The notes beneath the pieces were generated by a model. That model did no database searches, was not told the DNA's origin, and was given only the letters and a program-made list of their open reading frames with translations. This document shows positions 13,701-24,339 of a DNA stretch of 64,000 bases, one piece after another. How positions within the stretch are numbered: position 1 is the first letter of the stretch; every line of letters begins with the position of its first letter. A program made the position numbers and the translations under genes. Where the stretch lies: contig NIVC01002038.1 in assembly GCA_002269645.1 (NCBI GenBank), forward strand, positions 62,001-126,000, in the 5' to 3' direction. The stretch is from Macrostomum lignano (Eukaryota).

Positions 13701-14219
13701 GTAGTCTTTACAAAGCTCTGGCCCCGCTCAGTAGCTTGATTGGGTACGGTACGGTCGCATTGAACTTTGCTTGGTTGCTTTCATATGCAGAACTTTTCGA
13801 GGCGGAACTGTGCAGTGTCAGCACTCAACTCACTCGCTTGAACCAATTTGAGTGCTTGCGAGTTTAGTAAAAAGGCAAATCTGATCTGATAATTAATTTT
13901 GTTTTCTTCATTTGATTCGCGATCCGAGCTCAGATGAGCAGCTAAGCTGAATGTGAATTTGAATTCGTGCCAGTCATGTAAATGTATACATTGTCAAGCA
14001 GCAAGCAGCAAGCAGCAAGTGTCAAGCAGCTTATTTAATGTAAGAATTAACTTACCAGTTAGAGTCTCGGATGGTCGTGTGACTGCTCTGCTTAAGCATT
14101 ACGGTGTGTACACGTAATAAAAATAAATATTTGCAAAAGCTATCGCTGTGGGCCCCGAGTTTCGGGAGAAGGGCCCGGCGAGGTTTGCATCTGATCAAAC
14201 AAGTTTAAAGTACTATTAG

Positions 14220-14660
14220 CCTCTAACCCAACCAAATCAGATTCTCAACCTGCTGGTGACCGCAGTAACGGCCGCAGAGGCTTCTAGACAGAACGCAGCT
14301 GAGATCGGTGTGGATGTTCATGTCGCTTCTCACTGTTCGCTGATGATGTTGAACCGGGAAGACTTGGTCGCTGACGTGGTAACGATTTGGAGCTGCAAGA
14401 CTGAAGTCTTGGGAGGAAGCGGCGTCAGATGGGAGGACCGCAGGATCAGAGCTTTGGCAAAACCGTCTGACGAGAGGGGCGGGCCTCGAGCCGCCGCGAT
14501 TTCTGTCGACCGATTTGTGTCGACCAGAGCGCCAAATTTTTCTAGTAGACAAAGCGGCTTTGCTATAATTAGATGAGCTCGGTATGGTCGGCTAGATTTG
14601 ACTCGATCTATTGACTGAGATCGAAACCCATAAAATCCACCCGATCACGTGTTGTCTTCT
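14220..14660 (-). repeat. Third copy of the same family; its right end also matches ~410-500
   Basis: CCCAACCAAATCAGATTCTCAAC matches 2503-2523. CCACCCGATCACGTGTT occurs at both ~14637 and ~484. Confidence 0.6.
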
Positions 14661-14882
14661 ACCCTACCTTGGGAAAGGTGAGAAGCCTTAAACTCAATTT
14701 AAAATTAAAAATGAAATAACTTAATAAATTTAAGTTTATGAGAATGGTTTAAGAATGTAAAGACGTGAATATTTAGTAGGCTAATCACGTCCAGTAAGGG
14801 GCACTTCTGGTATTAAACACACGTCAAATCTTTCCAGAGATTTGAAGAATAATAAAAAAATCAGCTGGCAATTAAAGCATGT

Positions 14883-15997
14883 GGCGCCCATTTCCAGCAG
14901 GCTTGGCGCCCCCAACTTTCCAGCAGGCTTGGCGCCCCCAACTTTCCAGCAGGCTTGGCGCCTCCCTCTGTACAGCAGGCTTGGCGCCCCCAACTTTCCA
15001 GCAGGCTTGGCGCCTCCCTCTGTACAGCAGGCTCGGCGCCCCAACTTTCCAGCAGGCTTGGCGCCTCCCTCTGTACAGCAGGCTTGGCGCCCCCAACTTT
15101 CCAGCAGGCTTGGCGCCTCCCTCTGTACAGCAGGCTTGGCGCCCCCAACTTTCCAGCAGGCTTGGCGCCTCCCTCTGTACAGCAGGCTTGGCGCCCCCAA
15201 CTTTCCAGCAGGCTTGGCGCCTCCCTCTGTACAGCAGGCTTGGCGCCCCCAACTTTCCAGCAGGCTTGGCGCCTCCCTCTGTACAGTAGGCTTGGCGCCC
15301 CCAACTTTCCAGCAGGCTTGGCGCCTCCCTCTGTACAGCAGGCTTGGCGCCCCCAACTTTCCAGCAGGCTTGGCGCCTCCCTCTGTACAGTAGGCTTGGC
15401 GCCCCCAACTTTCCAGCAGGCTTGGTGCCTCCCTCTGTACAGCAGGCTTGGGGCCCCCAACTTTCCAGCAGGCTTGGCGCCTCCCTCTGTACAGCAGGCT
15501 CGGCGCCCCCAACTTTCCAGCAGGCTTGGCGTCTCCCTCTGAAAAGCAGGCTCGGCGCCCCCAACTTTCCAGCAGGCTTGGCGTCTCCCTCTGAAAAGCA
15601 GGCTCGGCGCCCCCAACTTCTGCCTCTCCGGTGTCGAGAATTCGGAGCGCTTTATCTGTGAATGCCCCGCCTTTACTCAGGACAGGCTCACCTACCTCGG
15701 CCCAAACCCGGACCTCTCCGACGTTTTCAGGCCCAAGAATCTCTGCCAGCTCGTCCGCTACCTAAGGGCTACCGGGCGAGCGACAATCCACCTCCTGGAC
15801 TCTCCGGAGGGGGACCGCGCTGCGGACACCGGCACCACCGGAACTCCCTGCGCGACACCGCAGCACTACTAGCTGCCCGTGGTCGCCAGGGGTTAGCGAG
15901 ATGGGCGGCAACGCCTCCTCGCTGTTTCCAGTCGCACGGAGCCCCCTGCAGCTAAGTCGAGTGGCGCCCCTAATTTTCCAGCAGTCTTGGCGCCACC
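14883..15997. repeat. 26-bp minisatellite with two alternating variants (52-bp higher-order unit), interrupted by a LINE fragment
   Basis: Units CAGCAGGCTTGGCGCC-CCCAACTTTC and CAGCAGGCTTGGCGCC-TCCCTCTGTA span 14883-15620. A degenerate unit resumes at ~15963-15997. Confidence 0.95.
15617..15960 (+). mobile_element. 3' end of a non-LTR retrotransposon (CCHC-type C-terminus) inserted in the minisatellite
   Basis: Translates VENSERFICECPAFTQDRLTYLGPNPDLSDV, similar to the E-T-x2-H-x2-C-x-C-P-A-x4-R-x3-LG motif of I/Loa/R1-group LINEs. Confidence 0.6.
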
Positions 15998-16149
15998 TGA
16001 GACGTGCCCTCCCCCCTCCCCCCCACCTATCAGAAATCCTGGCTACGCTTTTGGTCTAAGTAAAAGGAGAAAATTAATTAATTATACCGTTTAAGCGTTC
16101 TTAGAGAAGCTAAGCTGAGTAAGTTGCAAGACATCAGAAAGAACCAAAT

Positions 16150-16275
16150 TCCCAGGGGGATCAAAGATGAAGAGGCCAGCTGCAGTTATAACGCGTGAGC
16201 ATGCAACATAAAGTTGGCCATGCGAGAAGCAGGGTGACATCTTTAGCGACTGTCGGGCTATATTTATGGTCATGC
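16150..16275 (-). pseudogene. Helitron PIF1-type helicase C-terminal fragment
   Basis: MTINIARQSLKM..PCFSHGQLYVACSRV matches the TINKSQGQ / FSHGQLYVAxSRV motifs. Confidence 0.8.
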
Positions 16276-16399
16276 AATGGCAAACCTCGCAATCGCACAG
16301 TGTAGAGCTCCTGAATGAATCATCCCGGCGCTGCCCACCGTTGTTTTGCGCTTCCTCCTCGGGATGAGGTAGAAGATTATATTCCACGCTCCAACGTAG

Positions 16400-16966
16400 T
16401 CAGTGTGACCGTTCCTCTGTATGTGTCCGCCGGCAACTCGGGGTGCTTTCGTGACCAGACGACCGCGGATTTCCTCGATCGTTCTCTTACAGGGAGGCGG
16501 TGGGCGAGCTTTCTCAATGACCAGCTCCGGGAGCTGTGTCTTGGTAGTACCCTAGTAGGGTACTACCCCTAGTAGTTTCGCTAGGGCGATGTTAAGCTGG
16601 TCCTCGCTCTTGAGGGCGAGGATAATATTACCATTAAAGAACTTAATAGACTCGACTTCAACTTCGAGTTGCTCCCATTGTGCCAGAGGAAGTCGACATG
16701 AGCGACGGTGCCATTCATCTGAGCATCGTTCAGTGTCCAACTACTAGGATTTTGTTGAGGGGCTCAGTTGCCACCTTGGCGCAGGAAATCGCCCTCGCCG
16801 TCTCCCTACCCTTGGAGTTCTTCGTGCTCTGAGGGGTAACCGTGCTGTCCTCTGGCTGCTGCCACCTGCGAACACTGCTAGGGGCCTCGCTATCGTTGGT
16901 ATCACCATCAATTTCTCCGCCAGTGGGAGTAAAGCTTCCCCCACTTGGGGTAAGCATAGTAGCCAA
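16400..16966 (-). pseudogene. LINE ORF1 5' fragment, inverted relative to the LINE at 17.4 kb
   Basis: RRWQQPEDS...AKVATEP parallels RKRQQPDDP...ARVATEP in the + strand ORF1. Frameshifted. Confidence 0.6.
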
Positions 16967-17404
16967 AAGTTAGTTAATGTTAAAACCGGCATTTTTTCTA
17001 GATCTCGCTAGATAGGGAAAAGAGAGAGGCGAAGGTACATGGGTGGCTCAGTGGCTGTCTCGATGAAAAAAAAACAGAGACTAGCTTTAGAAGAGCACAG
17101 CGCCGTTCAGAATAAACTTTGAGACTCAAAATTTTACGCTATTGTGTCAAATGGTTCCAGGCCGGAGCCTCGCCTGCGAGCAATCCTGTGGTAAGACGGC
17201 AACCCAAAGCTTTTCTGCTGTTTACCGTGGCAGAGGGTAGCTCCTCGGATATCCAGCCCCCGCGCGGTTACCCATCTATTTTTCTTCATTTAAGTTTTCT
17301 CCATTCCAGCCTACTCTGCATAGGTAATTCAAAGCCACCCGACACGGCTCGGGAGCCCACAATTCCCGCGGCCGGGGGTCCGTCAATCCCCAAATCCTCC
17401 AGCA

Positions 17405-19800
17405 TGGAGGTTGACCCTACTGCTAACCCTGCGGAAATCCCCGCACCTCGCCCAGGTGCGTCCACCTCCACCCCCGTTGCAGGGGCGTCTCAAAACGACG
17501 GCTTCCAGGTCGTCACCCGTCGCACGCGCGACGAGAAAGCCTCGGCTGGCCCTGAGCGAAAAAGGCAGCAGCCAGACGACCCCTCGTCTGACCCCAAGAG
17601 GCCAAAGGAGGCAAATGCCGGCACGTACGCCAGAGTGGCGACGGAGCCGAAATTTAAGATCTGCGTGCGTGCGGCTAGCGGTACGCTTAACAACGCCTAG
17701 ATGGAAGCATCGATCGGAGTTGTTCTGCTTAAAACAACTCCGATCGATTCTTTGTTCTGCTCAAAAGACATGCGTACCTTCTCAGTCTTTGACTTGATCT
17801 TCGTTTCCGCCTACCTGGACATTTAGAGCGACGTCCCTCCACTTGTCCTGCAGGAGCTGTCGAGGACTTCTGTAACCTCCAGGGCAGGAAGTTAATCTTT
17901 GGCTGCGACGCGAACGCCCACAACACTGCCTGGTCTAGTAGCGATACCAACAGACGTGGTGACTTACTGATTGACTTCATTAACTCCTCTTCGTTACACA
18001 TATGTACCAAGACCAGCAAGCCTACTTTTATTGTTTCTAACCGACGTGTGAGGTTATCGATCTCGCCCTCGTTTCTAATAACGCCCTCAATCAGGTCCAA
18101 AACTAGCTGGTTAGGGATGATATCCCCTCACTTTCCGACCACTCGTACATTCAGTACAGCAACAGCTCCGTCAGAACCCGACAGGAGAGCCAGTACCGCC
18201 TCAATCTGAAGAAGGCCGACTGGACAGGTTTCCGCAGAGACATGTTAAAACTACTAACTGAAGCCAATCTACCGTACTCTGGCTAGGACCTCGCCAGCAT
18301 CGAACAGCGATGCAATTTCCCCGTTGAGACCCTAAACACCGCCATTCGCGCTAAAGCCCCTAAACTGAATTACAGGAAGAAATACTCTCCTTGGTGGAGT
18401 CCTGAGCTCACTCTCATGAAGAAAAATGAACGGTGATGAAAGGCCGCTTCTTGCTTACCCCGCTTCAGTGGAATGTCGTCATGGACGAGCTCCTAATTGC
18501 TGACATTCCCAGCAGTATCAACAGGGTGGGCTACGCAGACGCCGTTGCTGCGGTCGTCAGCGGACCCGACCCCGCTACCCTGCGCAACCTGATGCAGCAA
18601 TTCGCCAACAAGACGGCTGACTGGGCCACGCAGCATGGCCTCAAAATCTTGTCTTGTCTTGTCTTGTCGGGCCATTCGACCTCCTAAGAGGCATGCCCCT
18701 CATTGGCTTTGAGTCGGTTCCGCGGTGCAGACTTTTCGGTGTCTTGCTCTTTGCATCGGTTTTGGCCTCCTTTGCATTTGCTGCTCCCTTTTTGTTTCCG
18801 CACAGCCGAGGCGTGCGGTCTACGCTTGCTACTACTAGAAGTTAGGAGCAACATGAGCAAGCTGGCCTCAAAATCAACGTCGCAAAGACAGTCGTCATCT
18901 TCACGAAGCGCCGAGCGTGGGAGATGCAAACCCTCACTGTTTATGGTAGGAACATCCCCTTCAAGAAGGAGATCAAGAATCTCGGTGTGACGCTAGCGCA
19001 TGACCTGCGCTGGACGAAGCACCTTGACAACGTCATTGGTCGGGCGAAGCGCTGCTTCGCTAAGCTGCCCAGAGCCATCGGGCCGACCTGGGGCCTCTCC
19101 CCAAAAAAGGTCCGTTTTTCCCCAAAATCATCCGGCTATGAAATCTGCCTCTCGACTTATCAGAGATAAAACGTTAAATAACGCGCCCCCTGGTTTCATG
19201 TCAATGAAAACTCTAATCCCGGATATAGACTTCGTCCGTCGCGACCTTACCAGCATCCACATGGACCCGGACAATGTGGATAGTCGTCTCCCTGCTCTCA
19301 ACATCAGGAGGAGCTTCCAGACCCCCATCCCTGGTCGAGATAGCATTCCGTTGGACGTCGGCGTGAACCGGCGCAGTTAGGGCATCCACCTGCTTCTCCG
19401 ACGGCTCGTTGTTTAACTGCCTCGCTGGAGCGGGTATCGTCATCTTCCATGAGGGTAGGATATATGCTCTTCCAGGAAATTCTGGACCACGGTGAGAACA
19501 CCATGGTTTTTCCAAGCCAAACTTTGCGCTATTGAGCATGCGCCCAGTACCCGCTCCAGGCAAACATCAATAATTTCAATATTAATTTTTACACTGATAG
19601 CCAAGCCGCTATCAAGGTTTTAACCAGCGAAAAAATATCCGCTGCAACGGTATCTCAATGTCACTGCAGTGTGCAATCTCTCTCACTCCTTAACAGGATT
19701 AGAATTATCTGGATACCCGGTCACAGCAATATCCTGGGCAACGAGGCTCGCGGATTCTCTCGCCAAAGAGGGCAGCAACCCTGACGGCAACCACTGTCTG
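17405..19800 (+). mobile_element. Degenerate, internally deleted RNase H-containing LINE (I/Loa/R1-like): ORF1 fragment, AP endonuclease, RT, RNase H
   Basis: APE motifs GCDANAH, TF..IDL and SDH (~17900-18150). RT motifs LTPLQWNVVMDELL and GYADA (~18455-18545), and LGVTL. RNase H motifs FSDGS..AGAG, FQAKL.AI, TDSQAAI and [12 protein letters not shown] (~19395-19745). Confidence 0.9.
18649..18862 (-). mobile_element. 214-bp 5'-truncated retroposon with (ACAAG)n tail inserted in the LINE RT
   Basis: 13-bp TSD TGGCCTCAAAATC at 18636-18648 and 18863-18875. The tail reads TTGTCTTGTCTTGTC on +. Confidence 0.8.
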
Positions 19801-19824
19801 ATGAGGTTACCCATCCCTAGGTCG

Positions 19825-19863
19825 CAGACAGACAGACAGACAGACAGAGACAGACAGACAGAA

Positions 19864-19917
<54 letters not shown>

Positions 19918-19936
19918 CTAGACAGACAGACAGACA
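19825..19936. repeat. (ACAG)n microsatellite, probably the (CTGT)n 3' tail of a minus-strand retroelement
   Basis: On the minus strand AATAAA lies immediately before the (CTGT)n run. Confidence 0.85.
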
Positions 19937-20412
19937 GTTTTTATTCTTATAGTTAAAGATAGTTACAGATGTATCCCATTCGGGAGACGGATTAGGAAAG
20001 AGTTATCCGGCTTTCAATGACTATTCTCTCTTTTATGGATCAGGTAAGATCCGATAGAGAAACCTGTTCAATTGGCCGCCACTTCCAATTGAGAAACTAG
20101 TTTAGTTCACATGTGAAATCACCATCTTTTCACTTTTATCCCTTTTGGGGAAGCCCTTTCATAGAGCCTTTTATTGACGACGGCTTTTATTTTTCATTTC
20201 AGATATATAATAACTAATTCTTAGGATTGCGGGTTCTCATGTTTATTGACTTGTCATTCCAAAATGCACTTAAGTTGACATACACATGCATACTCTTAAG
20301 TCTATTCAGCGAAAATATTTGTTGCAAGTTGAATAACTGCTGGCATGACATGACGATACGTAAACACCAAAAATGCCCAAATTTAAAAAAGACCACGATT
20401 TTTTATTCTATT

Positions 20413-20503
20413 TAATAATAATAATGATAGTAATAATAATATTAATAATAATAATAATAATAAAGATAAAAAATTTACAATATAAATAATAATAATAATA
20501 ATA
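20413..20503. repeat. Imperfect (AAT)n microsatellite
   Basis: Read directly from the sequence. Confidence 0.9.
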
Positions 20504-20999
20504 ACCGTTAAAATTAAAATTTATTCTTTAATCAAAAGCCCATAGAATTACCTTTAGTAGTTTGCCCGGGCATAACAACTAATTTATCTCATCTCTAAAC
20601 GAGCTCTAAGAAAATAACGTTCCGTAATACATAAACTACGGTGGTGGAAGCGATACGCTACTCTTAGTCAAGGACCATTAGAAACACTTCGTTATAGTCT
20701 AGTAGTCCTTGCTCTTAGTAAGCATCAACAAATTTATGACGTACATTGAATTTACGGTGTCTAATAACCCAAGTTTGAACTGTGCCTAACGAAGACCACT
20801 CGACTACGATTACGACTACCCTTCCCCGGAACTGAGGACCCGGCAGACGGAGCATACAGGAGAAAATTCGTTGAGATTCGACTGCGCAATTTTCCGGCTC
20901 TATTCGGGCAAACTCTGAGCCGGCGGCAATTCAAGCTCACGCAACCGCGCCAAACCGGGTGTGACGAGTTTATTTAGTTCGAGAACATGGGACTGATGC

Positions 21000-21420
21000 G
21001 CGTGCGCGTGCTGAGTCTGAGTGTTGATCTTGTCCTAGGCCAATATACGTATTATTAATTTAACAACTCAATTGCTAGTCTGAATAATGGCGAGTAGGTC
21101 AGAAGCAGTATGGCAATGCCAACTATTTACCAAAGGGTAATCTGAGACGATAATATAATGCTAATGCCACCAAGCCTACGGGTACTAAGACCAACAACAC
21201 TCAGAGCGCAGGACTATACACAAAAACTATCAAGAAGCAAAATTTGAATTACCGCACTAATTGAAAATAGAAAAACAAAATTAAACCAAATGGGGAAAGT
21301 AACTAAAAATAGTTACAAACATTAGACCAAAATAGATATAGTTTTAAATATTAATTGCAAAAACCATAAATACGAAATTGAACATTTTCAATACAGAAGC
21401 GACGACGTTACACGGGCCTG
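21000..21420 (+). repeat. Diverged ~420-bp repeat; second copy inverted at ~61690-62095
   Basis: Collinear matching blocks GTGCGCGTGCTGAG, GGCAATGCCAA.TATTT, AATCTGAGACGA, CAAGAAGC.AA.TTTGAAT, AAACATT.GACC and ACAGAAG.GACGACGTTACAC. Confidence 0.8.
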
Positions 21421-22568
21421 CCTTCTTCCGGGAATTTAGAGGTAGGCCGCAGGCCGCTGGTCCTTTTTGTAAATTTCATCATCTTCAGCCTTTGGAACAG
21501 ATGCGCACAAGTAAGTTGCTATTTTAAGCTGAGTACACGGTACAGCCTAGGTGCATTTCCACATTGTCTCATCAACAAATAGTTGATCATTCATACCTAA
21601 TCTAAGCGCAAGCCTTCGTGGCTTGATGCTGACAATGCTACCAAACTGTAGTGCTTAACGCATATCACCTTGGCTTGGGGCCGGTCTAGAATGCCTTCGA
21701 TTGTACTCTATTGTATGTGTAAACTGTATAGCATGCACTCTAGTTAGAGTCTCCAGTGAGATTTGTTATTTTTGAGACATGCATCTGATATTCTGATAGG
21801 CCTAGCTATTGATAGAGGAGAATAGCATCATCACAAACTGGCTTCATTTATTAATTTTGGTAATTAAACGATAATTTATAGCATTTTTTGTCCAAAAAAT
21901 TGTTTTTGAGATAAGGAGGCCTAGGTAGGAAAAATATATTATAACCAAATTACGAGTATATGACTATGAGTATAATATAAGTAGGCCTAGGGGGTCCAGT
22001 AAGAAAATTTTTTTTCAAAATCCAAATTTTCAACCATGCCACATGTAGCCCTAGGTATTATGAGTGAAATGACACTAGACTTTTAAAAATTAATCAAGTA
22101 GTAAAAAATATAATGTTTTTTTCTTATCTTAGGCCTAAATACACTTCTAGCACACCAATTTGCCAACCTTTGCTGCTGCTGTTGCCTGGTCCGCTTTAGG
22201 CTAGAGAAGATGGATGCTGATGCAGGCCTTTGAGAAACTGTGCGCAATCTTCAGGCCTAGCTAAAATGATCTGAGGCAACTGTGTAAAAAGCTGCACTAT
22301 GAGCTTGTCAGGCACTCAGCAGATATTGTATAGTATAGTCGCAGCATGTCTAGCATCTGAAAGATCTGCAAATAAAAGATAGATTAGTGATAAATGCATA
22401 AAAGAAAAAGTATATTGTAAGTCCTGCTATCCATTTTTGAAAAAGATTGCATATATGACTTCTTTTCAAATGTACAACCCCTCAATATACATTTTTCCTA
22501 TCTCTGTAATATATTTTGCATGTACATCTATGTCAATATGCTTAATAACTTTGATGTGACAGAAATTA

Positions 22569-23281
22569 TACCTTTTTACGTTCTATTTGATAAAAACTGC
22601 AACCAATTTGGCCACGGCTCAGCCTGATGCAGCCGCAGCAATTTTCCATAGACAGCCACCGCTAGCGGCAACCAATTTGGTAAAAACTGCAAGCTATTTT
22701 GCCAGCTTGAAGATAGCAGCTCAATAGCATAACAATAACGATAAAGAATGTTAACAATACATGCACGAAGTCAGAACATTATGTCCTCAGCATTCAAGCA
22801 CCGATTGAAGTACGTCTAGGTCTGGGAATGGTTGATCCAGCGCAGGCACTTGAGAGGTGTGAGAGGCAGTAGGTTGACCTTCTACGAATTGAACAATGGT
22901 GTCCACCATAGCCTCCGTCAGCGCCATCCTCTTCACTCCTCCTTTTGGCAGAGTGCCAACTCTACCAGTTCGTTCATACATGGTCACGATGTTCCTCACT
23001 GTCAGTTTCTTCATCCCCATCATTTTGCCAAGCTCTCCCCAGTCGTCGCCACTCCTGTACGCTCTCACAATTTGCTCTCGATCCAGCTGACTTATCTTTT
23101 GGTACGGCCCACGATTCGCCATCAGAGCAGCTGCTATCTTCAAGCTGGCAAAATAGCTCGCAGTTTTTACCAAATTGGTTGCCGCTAGTGGTGGCTGTCT
23201 ATGGAAAATTCTATGTCTATGGTCAGGCTGAGCCGTGGCCAAATTGGTTGCAGTTTTTATCAAATAGAACGTAAAAAGGTA
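22569..23281 (-). mobile_element. Internally deleted IS630-Tc1-mariner element (713 bp) with ~155-bp TIRs and TA TSD
   Basis: TA|TACCTTTTTACG...CGTAAAAAGGTA|TA. The ORF from ATG 23122 encodes a paired-like HTH (ISQLDREQIVRAYRSG...TVRNIVTMYERTGRV) but no DDE domain. Confidence 0.9.
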
Positions 23282-23283
23282 TA

Positions 23284-23860
23284 TTAGGATGTGCCTTTAG
23301 GACAAAGAGGCACTCAAATGCAGACAAAGTATGCATTTTGACAATTTCTGTTAAGCAGAGTTACACTCATCCTGTCTTGCCTTAAAGTTTCATTTTGTCA
23401 CTGGAAATAAGTAGCAAAAAGAATTAGGGTGACCACTCTTTCCATTCAAAAGTTATGGCCATTTTAAATTTTACATGTGCATCGTACATGTATATGTACA
23501 TATTTTTGAACAAAATAAGTTTGCTTAAAATGACCTGCAAGAAGTTACCTACACCCAATGTGCAAGCATTTTTAGCAGTTATCCACTTTTTTATTAAAAA
23601 ACAAATCCTCCTGACCCTATATTTTCAAGCAAATTTGGCACAGTTTTGAAAATGTATGAAAATCTACACAACTAATCTATACAAATCTATACAAATCTAT
23701 ACAACTATATGTTGTTTGAAAGATCTATTTGTCTATTTTCAATGAATTTAAGAACATAGCCATATTTTACATATTAAAAAGTTACAGTCATTTAAAGAAG
23801 ACCACTTTTTCATGTTTTTTGTTTTTTTCACACTAAAAATAGGCTCATTAGACATCCTAA
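23284..23860. mobile_element. TA-flanked MITE (TTAGGATGT...ACATCCTAA), sharing its left TA with the Tc1 element
   Basis: TA 23282-83 | TTAGGATGT ... ACATCCTAA | TA 23861-62. AT-rich non-coding interior. Confidence 0.65.
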
Positions 23861-24339
23861 TATAAGTATGTATGTAGACTGTGGTTTAACAATTCTTTTC
23901 CCAATAGGCCTATATTATCAATATGCAAAAGATAATAGCTCTATCAAAAAAGTTTATAATTTTTAAAAATTTATATAAAGGTTTATGTCTATGCTAGAGT
24001 AAGCTAAGTGCTAGGAGATTTTAGACTTGATGCCATAGTCAGGATCATGGCACGAGTACGCTGGAATAAAAAGTCAGTAAAAAAGTGGTATGCTGTGTAT
24101 GCCAAGATCTGAACCCAGTGGTATGCCAATAGACCAGGGGGGAGGTAGGGGTAGCAGTGCACGTGAAGGATTAGAAGTTTACAAGGATTACAAGGAACAC
24201 CCTTATATACATATAATTTTGTCTAAATGGTAACCACTGTCAATTAATATTCATAATTTTGTACAATTCTTTCAATCTTGGCACACACTAGGAAGTCAAA
24301 GAATAGTACAAATACAAACATAGTAAAAAATTCCTATAT

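Noticed and set aside
14781-15661. Multiple overlapping ORFs, and possible CRISPR-like repeat-spacer look
   Set aside because: A stop-poor minisatellite. The 'spacers' are only two recurring 10-mers, there are no cas genes, and the context is eukaryotic.
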